Origin: Minisyncoccota bacterium
GTDB lineage: Bacteria; Patescibacteriota; Minisyncoccia; Phycocordibacterales; UBA1006
DNA: 46,955 bases
Assembly: GCA_021209525.1 (NCBI GenBank)
Contig: JAJOIF010000009.1
Span: forward strand, 88,285 to 135,239
Direction: 5' to 3'
The position numbers were made by a program, and so were the translations under genes. This document shows, piece after piece, positions 1-9,898 of this stretch (positions are counted from its first letter, which is position 1; every line of letters starts with the position of its first letter). A model generated the notes under the pieces. That model was not told where the DNA came from and ran no database searches. It worked only from the letters and a program-made list of their open reading frames with translations.

Positions 1-1
1 T

Positions 2-964
2 GTATTGGGTGTAACCTATGCCACCCCTGTGCAAGCACAATTTGAGAGCATGCTCGACACCGCAGGAACAGTCACCCTATCTACAACACCTGAGTTTCCA
101 GAAGCAGGACAGCGTGTAACTGTTCGCCTCAGTAGTTTTGCTGTAGACCTTGATGCGCGCATGATTATCTGGAAAGCAAATGGTGAAATTATTGCCCAAG
201 AAATGGGTAAAACTACTCATGTATTCACTATGGGCACAGCTGGCGAGCGACTGATTGTTGAAACCGAGATTATTATGCCTACAGAAATCATCCGCAAAAG
301 GCAAATACTCACCCCAGGAGGGCTTGATATTCTCTGGGAAGCACCTGATAGCTATGTGCCTCCTTTCTATAGAGGAAAAGCATTGCCGTCACGAGAATCA
401 AAAATACGCGCTACAGCAATACCGCGAGGTGTTTCATTTGCAAGCCCCGAAGCGGTGCGCGACTTTATTTTCACATGGGAACAAAACTTTACTGTGCGCG
501 GATCATTGTCTGGGTATGGGCGTGATTCTTTTGAATTTATTAATCGTCTCACAGAAAACCAAGAAACCGTTGGTGTAACTATGCGTAATGCGGGTGGAAC
601 CTTGAGTGCTCAAAAACGCACTGATATTGTTTTTGTTGAACCAGAGGTGCTTTTTTATAGAGAGAGCAGCACTCTCGGGGTTCGCCCTCAGGCGCTTCAA
701 GGGTCGCTTACTGTTGATACACAAACACTTACTCTGATTGCTGAACCATTTTCATTTTCAGCACCAGGTCGAGACGTGAGTCACCTCAGTTTTGATTGGC
801 GTGTAGGGAATAGACCACTTCGTGGTGTTGGCGGTATGTCTCTCGGCCGCATTGCAACCATAGAACCAAGCGCGCGCGGACGCGTTTTGCTTTCAACAAC
901 CGTTGATAATGAGCGTGTCTTTTTACAAGCAGGATCCGGAAGTATCCAAGTAACCTTTAGGTAG
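2..964 (+). CDS. Hypothetical protein, 5'-truncated by the window edge
   Basis: The reading frame is open to the window start and ends 4 nt before the next gene, which suggests an operon. I recognise no motif. Confidence 0.5.
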   Translation, partial: VLGVTYATPVQAQFESMLDTAGTVTLSTTPEFPEAGQRVTVRLSSFAVDLDARMIIWKANGEIIAQEMGKTTHVFTMGTAGERLIVETEIIMPTEIIRKRQILTPGGLDILWEAPDSYVPPFYRGKALPSRESKIRATAIPRGVSFASPEAVRDFIFTWEQNFTVRGSLSGYGRDSFEFINRLTENQETVGVTMRNAGGTLSAQKRTDIVFVEPEVLFYRESSTLGVRPQALQGSLTVDTQTLTLIAEPFSFSAPGRDVSHLSFDWRVGNRPLRGVGGMSLGRIATIEPSARGRVLLSTTVDNERVFLQAGSGSIQVTFR

Positions 965-967
965 TAT

Positions 968-3064
968 ATGTTTTCTTTTCTTCGTCATTCTTTTCTAAAA
1001 CTTATTATTGTTTCAGTGTTCTTTTTAGGTTCTGCTTTTTCTGCATATGCTGCAACAAGTATTGCAAATCTCTCTCTGGATAGTTCTGCGCGACAACCAA
1101 CAAGTATTCGCGTGCGCACCACATTTAATGTTCCCTCTGTAGAAAATCAGGTTGTTGAGTATACTGTTGCGCGCGCAAGTGCCCCCCAAACACCTCTTGC
1201 TGATCAGAGACCTTCGACACTTCTTGGGGTAGGAAGAAATAGTCATACTCAAGTTTTTCTTAACCTAAACCCTGATACGGAATATATTATTACCGCATCG
1301 CTCTACAATAGAGACCCTGCGAACCCTGCAAATCAAACACTCGTATCACAAAGACCCCTCACCACATCAACAGGTGCTGCGGTTACAGATGGTCAAGCTC
1401 ATTGTATTGTAACCAGGGTTTCTGCCGATGTGTCTGGTTCACGGTCAAGTGGTTTTTGGAATATTAATCAAAAACCACAAATCACATTTAATATAGATGG
1501 GACTCCGGGTTGTCATAATAAATCCATTGTATTGAATGTTGTTCAGAGAAACACCATACGAGACCGAGGTTTTGCACTTAACCTGCTTTCGGGATTAAGT
1601 GGTGCTGTTTGGTTAGATCTTCTTGTAAATGGACCCGAGTTTTTAAAAGAGAGAGGCGCTGGAGGGTCTCTTGAAAATAGAAATTATTTTTTTGACACAA
1701 ACAATAAACTAAGTATTACTTTTAAAATGGGTGATCAAAACTGCAAGAGACCTGCGAATCAAGAAGCGAGTTCTGGGGTTTTTTCTTCGCTGTTTACCAA
1801 CGACTGTGATTATACTCTCGAAATAACCGATGACTCTGGAGTTTTTTATACTCACAACGCACCAAACCCTAATAATAGATGGAGTATTGCTTATGACGCT
1901 TGCACCAGTCAAGGGGCGCTTACTGAAACAGCTATTATAGACCCCTGCGCAGAAGAATGGGAGCTGGTTCAAATTCAACCACCTCAATCAACGGGCGGTA
2001 TTGCTGTTGATGGAGCCCTCTTGCGCACCTTTGACGAAGAGTGTCTTGATGACCTAGGTCAACCTATTGAAGGATGTTATGCACTCCTTGCGCCACTACC
2101 TGGTATTAGTCGCGTCACAGCAGATACTACCATAGGTGAATATTTGAATATTGTCATTCGCATTGTTATTGGAATGCTTGGATTGCTCGCGGTGATTATG
2201 ATTGTTGTCGGTGGTATTCAATACATGTCTACTGACGCTATTAGCGGGAAGTCAGAAGGGCGCGAACGAATTACCAAAGCAGTACTTGGTCTCATTCTCG
2301 CTCTTGGTTCATTTATAATACTGACCGCAATTAACCCCGATCTTACTCGACTTGATCCGAATATGCGTAGCACTTCTATTCAATTTGATAGTGCTGCACT
2401 GCGGTCTCCTAATTTTGAAACAGGAGGTGACCGAGCTCTTACACCCTCAGAACAAGCAGCCGCAGGCCCCCTTAAATCACTTCCAAGTGGTGTCTATTGC
2501 CCGATACAAGATGCTTCTAATAATGCACAAGGTGCAGGAACTGTAAATCAAATAGCGCGTAGTTTTGTAAATCAAGCAACATATTCAATGGGTGGTAAAA
2601 ATGCATCAAATCAATCATGCGTACCAGGGCCTATGTGTTTAGATTGTTCTGGATTTGCAAATTATGTACTTTATTGCGCGGGCATGCTTCCAGGAATCAC
2701 TGATGACTCCCAATTCAGAGTACATGTGTACAATACAGGAACCCTGGGTATGTTTAGTGGTCAAGACTCTCGACGTATTGAGAATCTCTATAACGAGCAA
2801 GGGGATTGGTTTGTTGATTTACAAGGAAGTACAGCACCTGTCGCATTACGCCCCGGAGATCTTCTTGGTTGGATAAGTGGCGATGGAGGAGAAAGAAATG
2901 GTCATGTGGTTGTGTATATTGGTAATGGTAAAACAGCAGAATCTACTAGCGGAGACAATGGTCGCACGAGCAACAGCATCAAAATTAGAGACGTTAATTC
3001 ATACGGTGTGCGAGGAGTGGACCAAGGAGGGCGCCTTACTCGGTTTAGAAGATACCAAAACTAA
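968..3064 (+). CDS. Surface protein: signal peptide, Fn3-like region, T4SS-pilin-like (TrbC/VirB2-type) TM hairpin, C-terminal NlpC/P60 cysteine peptidase
   Basis: N-terminal hydrophobic signal ending AYA. Fn3-like segment LNPDTEYIITASLYN. Two TM helices (IVIGMLGLLAVIMIVVGGIQY ... AVLGLILALGSFIILTAI). NlpC/P60-like C-terminus with CLDCSGFANYV (Cys) and GHVVVYIGNGK (His). Confidence 0.7.
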   Translation: MFSFLRHSFLKLIIVSVFFLGSAFSAYAATSIANLSLDSSARQPTSIRVRTTFNVPSVENQVVEYTVARASAPQTPLADQRPSTLLGVGRNSHTQVFLNLNPDTEYIITASLYNRDPANPANQTLVSQRPLTTSTGAAVTDGQAHCIVTRVSADVSGSRSSGFWNINQKPQITFNIDGTPGCHNKSIVLNVVQRNTIRDRGFALNLLSGLSGAVWLDLLVNGPEFLKERGAGGSLENRNYFFDTNNKLSITFKMGDQNCKRPANQEASSGVFSSLFTNDCDYTLEITDDSGVFYTHNAPNPNNRWSIAYDACTSQGALTETAIIDPCAEEWELVQIQPPQSTGGIAVDGALLRTFDEECLDDLGQPIEGCYALLAPLPGISRVTADTTIGEYLNIVIRIVIGMLGLLAVIMIVVGGIQYMSTDAISGKSEGRERITKAVLGLILALGSFIILTAINPDLTRLDPNMRSTSIQFDSAALRSPNFETGGDRALTPSEQAAAGPLKSLPSGVYCPIQDASNNAQGAGTVNQIARSFVNQATYSMGGKNASNQSCVPGPMCLDCSGFANYVLYCAGMLPGITDDSQFRVHVYNTGTLGMFSGQDSRRIENLYNEQGDWFVDLQGSTAPVALRPGDLLGWISGDGGERNGHVVVYIGNGKTAESTSGDNGRTSNSIKIRDVNSYGVRGVDQGGRLTRFRRYQN

Positions 3065-3070
3065 TTCCAC

Positions 3071-3106
3071 AAAAACACCTTATGTGTATAAGGTGTTTTT
3101 GTTTTT
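3071..3106 (+). terminator. Intrinsic terminator
   Basis: Stem acacctta/taaggtgt followed by a T-run. Confidence 0.7.
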
Positions 3107-3135
3107 ATCATTAAATACTGTGATATAATAAACCT

Positions 3136-4758
3136 ATGACTCAATCACGCAAAAAACTTCTCATCATTCTTGGTATTATATCTATTATCATATTGGTGGT
3201 ACTGTACCTCATTATTATGGCAACACCACAACCAGCAGGCCAGGACAGCCGTCGCGGACTCGGAAGCCTCTTTCCATTTGGAGGAGGTAGTCAAATTTCC
3301 CGAGACACGGATTCTGGATCAGGCTCTTTTGATGACGAACCTGTAGAGCAGGTGATTGAATTACAACCAGAAGCGCGTCGTAGTATTTTTCGTATTAGCA
3401 ACAGACCAGTCACCGCATTTACGACACAAACACGCATATTTGATATGGAAGTCACCAGAGAAAGAGAAGTTCCCGCAGAAGATGAAGAAGACGAACCCAC
3501 CAGAGAAACCTTTACAGAAACTGTTTCCGCGCAAGAAACCATAGTGTTTTTTACTGATACACGCACAGGGGAGAAAATATCAGTAAACCTTGATAATCCC
3601 ACACCAGAAGGAGAAGAAGTACTTACCCGAGCAACAGTCGAGAGAGCTCGTGAGGGATTTATTGCAGGATCTAATAATGAATTTGTAGTGCTGCGTTTTT
3701 TGAGCACCACCACTAATGCTGTTGAAACATATGTAGGACGCAGAGATATTTCTGAAATTCCACGCAGACTTTGTCGTGAAAATATTATTGATACTCTTTC
3801 TCTCAATGCAAATAATAGCCAAGTCCGTCAATTGCAAGAAATTTTGGTATTTAGAGGACTCCTGAGTGCGGCACCAACGGGACGCTTTGATCAAGTTACT
3901 CGCTCAGCGCTCATTGTATTCCAAGAAGAGCGTGGACTTGAGGCTAATGGGACAACTGATTTGCTTACCCGAGAATTCTTGACCAGAGAGTGTATCCGTA
4001 TAGAAGGAGAACTTCAAAGACTTCGCAATGAACCACGATCAGTCACGGGAGTATTTTTGCGTCAAAACATTCACTCCCTCGTATTATCGCCAGACAAAAC
4101 AAAGATTTTTTATCTTCTCAAGGTTCCTCAAGGTTCTCGTGGGTTTATTTTTGATCTCGCCACACAAAGAGAAGAGCAGGTATTTAGCTCTGCATTCTCT
4201 GAATGGTTTGCATCATGGGGAAGCCCTTCTCATATTACACTCTATACCGCACCAAGTGGTCTCGTTGATGGTTTTGTGTATGAAATGAATGTTGCCACAC
4301 GAGCATTTCGTCGTATTACCGGAGATATAACTGGTATTACCGCTCTTGCAAATCCATCAAATACACACACACTCATTACCGAAGGAGGAAGAAATCGCAT
4401 GAGAATGCTCATACATTCTCAAATAGATGGTACAAGTAATATGATTAACCTAAACACTTTTATTGAAAAATGTGTTTGGGAAAATGATGACATACTATGG
4501 TGCGCTGTTCCAGAAACCCTTGATCGCACACGTGTCTTTCCAGATGCATGGTACCGAGGTGTCTTTACTGCAACTGACAGTATTTGGCGCATTGATACTA
4601 CTAATGGATCTACGCGCAAGGTTGTAGACGCTGCTGGTTTTCCAGAACAAATTGATGTGAGTGATATTATGCTCACAGAAAAAAGAGATTATCTCTTGAT
4701 TCGTAACAGAAGAGATAATGTACTCTGGGGAATAGAATTGGGATTCTTTATACGCTAA
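3136..4758 (+). CDS. Membrane-anchored protein with a peptidoglycan-binding (PG_binding_1-like) domain
   Basis: N-terminal TM helix LLIILGIISIIILVVLYLIIM. PG-binding-like segment VRQLQEILVFRGLL...GRFDQVTRSALIVFQEERGLEANG. Confidence 0.6.
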   Translation: MTQSRKKLLIILGIISIIILVVLYLIIMATPQPAGQDSRRGLGSLFPFGGGSQISRDTDSGSGSFDDEPVEQVIELQPEARRSIFRISNRPVTAFTTQTRIFDMEVTREREVPAEDEEDEPTRETFTETVSAQETIVFFTDTRTGEKISVNLDNPTPEGEEVLTRATVERAREGFIAGSNNEFVVLRFLSTTTNAVETYVGRRDISEIPRRLCRENIIDTLSLNANNSQVRQLQEILVFRGLLSAAPTGRFDQVTRSALIVFQEERGLEANGTTDLLTREFLTRECIRIEGELQRLRNEPRSVTGVFLRQNIHSLVLSPDKTKIFYLLKVPQGSRGFIFDLATQREEQVFSSAFSEWFASWGSPSHITLYTAPSGLVDGFVYEMNVATRAFRRITGDITGITALANPSNTHTLITEGGRNRMRMLIHSQIDGTSNMINLNTFIEKCVWENDDILWCAVPETLDRTRVFPDAWYRGVFTATDSIWRIDTTNGSTRKVVDAAGFPEQIDVSDIMLTEKRDYLLIRNRRDNVLWGIELGFFIR

Positions 4759-4766
4759 CCAGACAT

Positions 4767-4796
4767 AAAAAAAACCGCCCTCTGAGGCGGTTTTTA
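4767..4796. terminator. Bidirectional intrinsic terminator
   Basis: A-run, stem accgcc/ggcggt, T-run, located between convergent genes. Confidence 0.75.
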
Positions 4797-4797
4797 C

Positions 4798-5256
4798 TTA
4801 TCCCTTGTAGATTATGACCACGTGTCTGTCTTTGCCTTCACCACGAGACTCAGTAGCTAATTCTGGATATTTTTGTATATACGCATGCACAACGAGACGA
4901 TGATATGCCGGCATAGGGTCGAGGGCGATATCGCTCTTGAAAGACTGTGCGCGCTCAGCAACAATGCGCGCTTTTGTTTTGAGATCATCAAGGATTCTTT
5001 GATGATAATTATTTACATCAATATAGAAATTAGCGCGTGTATCAAATTCCGGATCTTGTTCGGCAAATCTACGAATAATATGATTCACTGCTTGAAGAAT
5101 ATCACCATTTTTGCCAATAAGAAGCGCTGGATCATTGGTCATTACAGAAAAAATAGTTGTGTCTAGATCTGAGTCTTTGTCTATGCTAATAGACTGTACT
5201 TCAAAACCCATTTTTGGCAAAAGCGCTTCTATGTGTTTTTTAATACGATCATTCAT
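4798..5256 (-). CDS. jag: Jag/KhpB-type RNA-binding protein (KH + R3H)
   Basis: KH-like LLIGKNGDILQAVNHI. R3H-like PAYHRLVVHAYI...TESRGEGKDRHVVI. Sits in the conserved position downstream of yidC. Confidence 0.8.
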   Translation of the reverse strand: MNDRIKKHIEALLPKMGFEVQSISIDKDSDLDTTIFSVMTNDPALLIGKNGDILQAVNHIIRRFAEQDPEFDTRANFYIDVNNYHQRILDDLKTKARIVAERAQSFKSDIALDPMPAYHRLVVHAYIQKYPELATESRGEGKDRHVVIIYKG

Positions 5257-5293
5257 ATAGTTATCTTATCATTTTTTTCTGCATAAGGGTACC

Positions 5294-6025
5294 CTATGCA
5301 TTTTCTGTGTTTTTTTCTAGTTTTTTGCGAATATTGATTTCTTGAGCAATGGTAAAGAGGTTTGAAACAATCCAATAGAGAGCAACAGCAGCAGGAACAA
5401 TATACGCAACAACAGTAATCATAATAGGCATGGTATATTTCATGCTTTTTTGCATACCCTTCATCATTTCTTCTTGGGCTGTTGGTGGCTCATCAGAAGA
5501 AACCGGTTCTTCTTTCATAGCAGGAGACCAATAGAGCTGTGCGAATTGAGAGAGTCCCGCAAGAGCTGCAAATACCATACTTTGCTGCGCGAGATTAACC
5601 CCCAAGAACATTTCATTCAATGCTTCTGGTGCAGAAATAAAGCCATACAAAAGTTCTGGGTAAATATCGAGTTTCAAAAATACGTAATATAGAGGAATAA
5701 TTACAATAATTTGAATAATGATGAGAAAACATCCTGCAAATGGATTTGTTTTGTGGTCTTTGTAGAGCTGTAAAATAGCTTCTGATTGTTTTTTTTGATC
5801 ATCTGCGTATTTTTTGCGTATTTCTGAGAGTAAGGGTTGTAATTTCTTTTGTTGAATTTGGCTCTTGATTGAGCGGTAGGTGAGGGGAATGAGAATAATC
5901 TTGACCAAAAGAGTAAGGGCAATTACCGCCAAAGCAATACTTGCTCCGGGCAAGAGGTCTGTAATTCCAATAAGAATATTGTAAAAAAGTTTATAGAGAA
6001 ATCCATTAGTAATTAATTGTTCCAT
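5294..6025 (-). CDS. yidC: Membrane protein insertase YidC (short form)
   Basis: Multi-TM protein. Segment KSQIQQKKLQPLLSEIRKKYADDQKKQSEAILQLYKDHKTNPFAGC is typical of YidC/Oxa1. Synteny with yidD-rnpA-rpmH. Confidence 0.85.
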   Translation of the reverse strand: MEQLITNGFLYKLFYNILIGITDLLPGASIALAVIALTLLVKIILIPLTYRSIKSQIQQKKLQPLLSEIRKKYADDQKKQSEAILQLYKDHKTNPFAGCFLIIIQIIVIIPLYYVFLKLDIYPELLYGFISAPEALNEMFLGVNLAQQSMVFAALAGLSQFAQLYWSPAMKEEPVSSDEPPTAQEEMMKGMQKSMKYTMPIMITVVAYIVPAAVALYWIVSNLFTIAQEINIRKKLEKNTENA

Positions 6026-6060
6026 AGTCTCACCACTATATCAGAAAAGGGTGTAAAAAA

Positions 6061-6312
6061 CTACTTGTTGCTTTTTTCTGGAACAGGATCATAGACACCC
6101 TTTTTAGAGAGGGGATTGCAAGAGATAATTCTCTTTATGGTGAGTACGCCTCCTTTTGCAAGACCAAAACGCTGTATTGCTTGCTTGCCATATACTGAAC
6201 AACTCGGTTCATATCTGCATGTCGTGCCCACAAATGGTCTCAGAGCGATTTGATAGAGAGAAATGAGACTTACCCCTATATATACACCTATTTTTCGTAT
6301 TATTGTGTACAT
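6061..6312 (-). CDS. yidD: Membrane protein insertion efficiency factor YidD
   Basis: YQIALRPFVGTTCRYEPSCSVYGKQAIQRFG...CNP...G.YDPVP signature. Confidence 0.85.
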   Translation of the reverse strand: MYTIIRKIGVYIGVSLISLYQIALRPFVGTTCRYEPSCSVYGKQAIQRFGLAKGGVLTIKRIISCNPLSKKGVYDPVPEKSNK

Positions 6313-6647
6313 ATGCCAGATTTTCGTAAAAGAAAGAGTATCGTTTCTTCTTTTTTTTCATAAGAAAGCTCTGCAAAGCCTTTTTTGATATTCAAAATAC
6401 CCGCACATCCTGTTTTTTGTATGATATGGTCATTTTTTTGAATAATAGTATAGACAACACGCCTCAGATAATTTCTCTGAACGGCTTTTTTTGCAACCTT
6501 TTTTGAGACAATAACTGCAAATTTGCTTGGTTTTTCTGTGTTTTTAAGAGTATACAAAAGAGAAACGGTTTCTGTAAACAGAGACCGTTTCTCGGTAAAA
6601 AGTGTTTCAAACTCTAATCGTGATATTCTCCTCGATCGAGCAAGCAT
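6300..6647 (-). CDS. rnpA: RNase P protein component
   Basis: I used the internal ATG at 6647 (MLARSRRISRLEFETLF...), because the longer ORF would overlap rpmH. Basic protein with the classic rpmH-rnpA-yidD-yidC order. Confidence 0.75.
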   Translation of the reverse strand: MLARSRRISRLEFETLFTEKRSLFTETVSLLYTLKNTEKPSKFAVIVSKKVAKKAVQRNYLRRVVYTIIQKNDHIIQKTGCAGILNIKKGFAELSYEKKEETILFLLRKSGICTQ

Positions 6648-6651
6648 ATGT

Positions 6652-6798
6652 TTAGCGACTTGTTTTAACAGCAAGTACTGAGCGTCCTTTTCGTCGACGG
6701 CGAGCAAGAATATTCTTTCCTGAGGTCGTTCGTGAACGCACCAAGAAACCGTGTGTACGAGCTCGTTTCTTTCGTTTTGGTTTATACGTAAATGACAT
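6652..6798 (-). CDS. rpmH: 50S ribosomal protein L34
   Basis: Hand translation gives [48 protein letters not shown]. It is absent from the ORF track because it is under 60 aa. Confidence 0.9.
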   Translation of the reverse strand: MSFTYKPKRKKRARTHGFLVRSRTTSGKNILARRRRKGRSVLAVKTSR

Positions 6799-7178
6799 AA
6801 ATTAAGAAAACTATAAGTAATAGCTTTGACAAGGGAATATTACATTAATACGCTAAAAAAATCAAGTTTTTATGTATCTTTTAGAGAAAATTCATTCTTT
6901 GGTACTTTTTTGATAAAAACAATGACTTGAATTAGTATAAAACACCTTTGGTTTTTTGTTTTTATAAAAGATTACTACTGATCCGCATATTCACACTTTG
7001 TTAAGTGGGGGTGGGGTACTTATAAAACAGGTTTTATAAGTAAAAATTTTTTTATATTTATTTTTTCTGATATACTAGCACTTATCCACAGAAATTAACA
7101 GTTATCCACATTTAATACACATACTGTTCCACTTATTGTGGTTTTTCACAGGAGCACATACAGCGTATAATACAACCT
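6799..7178. promoter_or_regulatory. oriC / dnaA upstream region with DnaA boxes and an AT-rich tract
   Basis: Perfect TTATCCACA boxes at 7082-7090 and 7102-7110. AT-rich stretch at about 7020-7075. TATAAT at 7166-7171, 7 nt before the dnaA ATG. Classic rpmH|dnaA location. Confidence 0.75.
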
Positions 7179-8546
7179 ATGACGATCATTCAGCCTGAAA
7201 AAATATGGGAGCAAGTACTCAATGAAATAGAACTTTCGGTTTCAAAAGCGAATTTTGCAACATGGTTCAAAAACACCTTTATCTACAAAGAAAAAGATGG
7301 TGTTATCTATATTGGTATCCCTAATCAATTCACCAAAGAATGGTTACACCCCAAATACACCAAAGAATTTATTCGTCTCTTGCGCAAGCACAGTGGTGAA
7401 CATATCCGCTCTGTTGAATATGTGACTGGCAAGAAACAACCAGAACCTGTGGTTGTTAAAGAAAAACCAAAAACAGAAGAATCTACTCAACAAACAAGTG
7501 CACTGCCTCTTGATAATTTGTATGTTAATCGCAAAGATAACCTAAACCCGCGCTATACATTTGAAACCTTTATTATTGGTTCTTTTAATGAGCTCGCATA
7601 TTCTGCTGCACAAGGAATTCTCCAAAAACCCGGAGTATATAACCCTCTTTTTATTTATGGAAGTACTGGAGTGGGGAAGACACACCTTATTCAAGCAACG
7701 GGAAATGACTTTAAGAAACGTTATCCGCGCGCAAAGATCTTTTATACGAGTGCAGAAAAGTTCTCAAATGACTATGTACACTCTGTGCAAAACAACACAG
7801 TGACTGCCTTCAAAAACAAATATCGCGAATATGATGTACTCATTATGGATGATGTACAATTCTTGTCAGGAAAACAAAAAACGCAAGATGAATTATTCCA
7901 TTTATTTAATATTCTCTATGATGAAAATAAACAAATTATGTTTTCATCAGACAAGCACCCCAATTACATTCCAGGCCTTGAGGACAGGCTTAAATCACGA
8001 TTCTCAGCAGGAATGATTGTTGATGTGACGCGTCCTGAGTATGAATCGCGCGTAGCACTCCTTAGATCAAAAGCACTTGAACAAAATGTTTTTATCAGAG
8101 ATGAAATTATTCAATATCTCGCCGAAAACATAGAGGGGAATATTCGCGAATTAGAAGGACTCTTGAACTCACTTATGGTGAATATTCAAATTAAAAACAC
8201 CGATCTCTCTCTTGAGGATGTTAAAAAACTTATAAAAAACAATGTTTCTTCAAAAAAGAATATCTCTGTGGAACATATTGTTAAGGTAGTTACTGATTTT
8301 TACAATATTGAAGCTCAATCTATCTATGACAAGACGAGACGCAAAGAAATTGTGCATTCACGCCAAGTAATTATGTATCTCATGCGAGAAGACTTCAATA
8401 TTTCATTTCCTGCAATTGGGCGCAAGCTCGGGGGAAGGGATCATACGACTGTTATTCACTCTCATGCGCGCATCAGAGACGACATAGCTAAAGAACCTCA
8501 TATTGCTCAAGAGATAGAACAAATCAGATCAATTCTCTCAATGTAG
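7179..8546 (+). CDS. dnaA: Chromosomal replication initiator DnaA
   Basis: Walker A GSTGVGKTHL. The C-terminal DNA-binding domain includes GGRDHTTVIHS. Confidence 0.95.
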   Translation: MTIIQPEKIWEQVLNEIELSVSKANFATWFKNTFIYKEKDGVIYIGIPNQFTKEWLHPKYTKEFIRLLRKHSGEHIRSVEYVTGKKQPEPVVVKEKPKTEESTQQTSALPLDNLYVNRKDNLNPRYTFETFIIGSFNELAYSAAQGILQKPGVYNPLFIYGSTGVGKTHLIQATGNDFKKRYPRAKIFYTSAEKFSNDYVHSVQNNTVTAFKNKYREYDVLIMDDVQFLSGKQKTQDELFHLFNILYDENKQIMFSSDKHPNYIPGLEDRLKSRFSAGMIVDVTRPEYESRVALLRSKALEQNVFIRDEIIQYLAENIEGNIRELEGLLNSLMVNIQIKNTDLSLEDVKKLIKNNVSSKKNISVEHIVKVVTDFYNIEAQSIYDKTRRKEIVHSRQVIMYLMREDFNISFPAIGRKLGGRDHTTVIHSHARIRDDIAKEPHIAQEIEQIRSILSM

Positions 8547-8794
8547 CCGTTCATAACTATGTGTATAAGTATGTATATTATCTGGTTACAAACATATGAA
8601 TATTTTGTGAATATATTTTTTAGAAAAAACACATACTTACCATTACTCACATATAAAATGTTTTTATCCACACATATACACAGGTGCCACACAGGGAATA
8701 AGATAGTGTTTATAATGAGAATTTAGTTTTTCCACATAATACACAGGGTATAGTATTAATAACTATTAAAAGAAAAAATAAATTAATTATATAT
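8547..8794. promoter_or_regulatory. dnaA-dnaN intergenic region with DnaA boxes
   Basis: TTATCCACA at 8664-8672, plus a one-mismatch box TTTTCCACA near 8724-8735. Confidence 0.55.
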
Positions 8795-9895
8795 ATGAAA
8801 GTAGAATGCATTCAAGAAAAACTTTATACAGGATTACAACACATTGAAAAAGTTGCTGGTAAGAACTTGAGTCTACCTATACTTTCAAAAATCCTCATCA
8901 TCGCAAAAGACTCTTCTGTGATCTTGCGTGCAACAAATCTGCATGTGGGTGCAGAAGTAATTATTCCTGCAAAAGTAGAACAAGAGGGAATGGTTGCTGT
9001 TGATGGTACTATTTTCCTTACTACGCTCTCTCACACCAAGAAAGACAAAAATATAACCCTCGAAGAAGATAATGGTAATATTCGTCTTGTTTCTGAGTAT
9101 GCGTCAACACTCATTAAAAGCCATCATCCCGAAGACTTCCCTAACCTTCCGCGCATAGAAGAACCGGTCACCTTTACGCTCTCTCTTGATAGTTTTGTAC
9201 AAACACTCAAATCAGTAGTATATGCATCGGCTGTTTCTGATATTAAACCAGAAATTTCTAGTGTGTATATGTATCCTCATGAAGGAAACCTTGTATGTGT
9301 CGCAACTGACTCATTTAGACTTGCAGAAAAGAAAACAAAAGTTAAAAACCTACCAGAATTTGATGGTATTTTGATTCCAATCAAGAATGTTCAAGATATA
9401 CTCAAGGTTTTTTCCGGAGACAAAGGAGAAGTTACTATTGCAATAGGAGATAATCAAATTTCTTTGACTGCAGAAGGCGTTTATTTGGTCTCTCAGCTCA
9501 TTGACGGAGTATTTCCTGATTACCATCAAATTATACCCAAAGAGTTCTCTGTGGAGGTTACAGCGCTCACGAGCGACATACTCCAAGCAGTACGCATTAC
9601 CAATATTTTTGCGGATAAGTTTAATCAAGTAGATATTCGCGTATCAAGCGACGACAAGAAAGTAGTATTCTCTTCACGTAATGTTGATATTGGTGAAAAC
9701 ACTACGCGTATTGATGCGGTGATAGAAGGTGGATCTATTGAAACAAGTATTAATCATCGATACCTCTCAGAAGTATTTCAATCAATTACGACAGATAGTA
9801 TGCATATTGGTTTTGTAGCAGAAAATAAACCGCTCATCGTACGTGGTGTAGGATCTCATGATTTTCTCTACCTCATTATGCCTATTCATAGATAA
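8795..9895 (+). CDS. dnaN: DNA polymerase III beta sliding clamp
   Basis: 366 aa, directly downstream of dnaA. Shows the three-domain clamp length and pattern. Confidence 0.9.
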   Translation: MKVECIQEKLYTGLQHIEKVAGKNLSLPILSKILIIAKDSSVILRATNLHVGAEVIIPAKVEQEGMVAVDGTIFLTTLSHTKKDKNITLEEDNGNIRLVSEYASTLIKSHHPEDFPNLPRIEEPVTFTLSLDSFVQTLKSVVYASAVSDIKPEISSVYMYPHEGNLVCVATDSFRLAEKKTKVKNLPEFDGILIPIKNVQDILKVFSGDKGEVTIAIGDNQISLTAEGVYLVSQLIDGVFPDYHQIIPKEFSVEVTALTSDILQAVRITNIFADKFNQVDIRVSSDDKKVVFSSRNVDIGENTTRIDAVIEGGSIETSINHRYLSEVFQSITTDSMHIGFVAENKPLIVRGVGSHDFLYLIMPIHR

Positions 9896-9898
9896 TAT

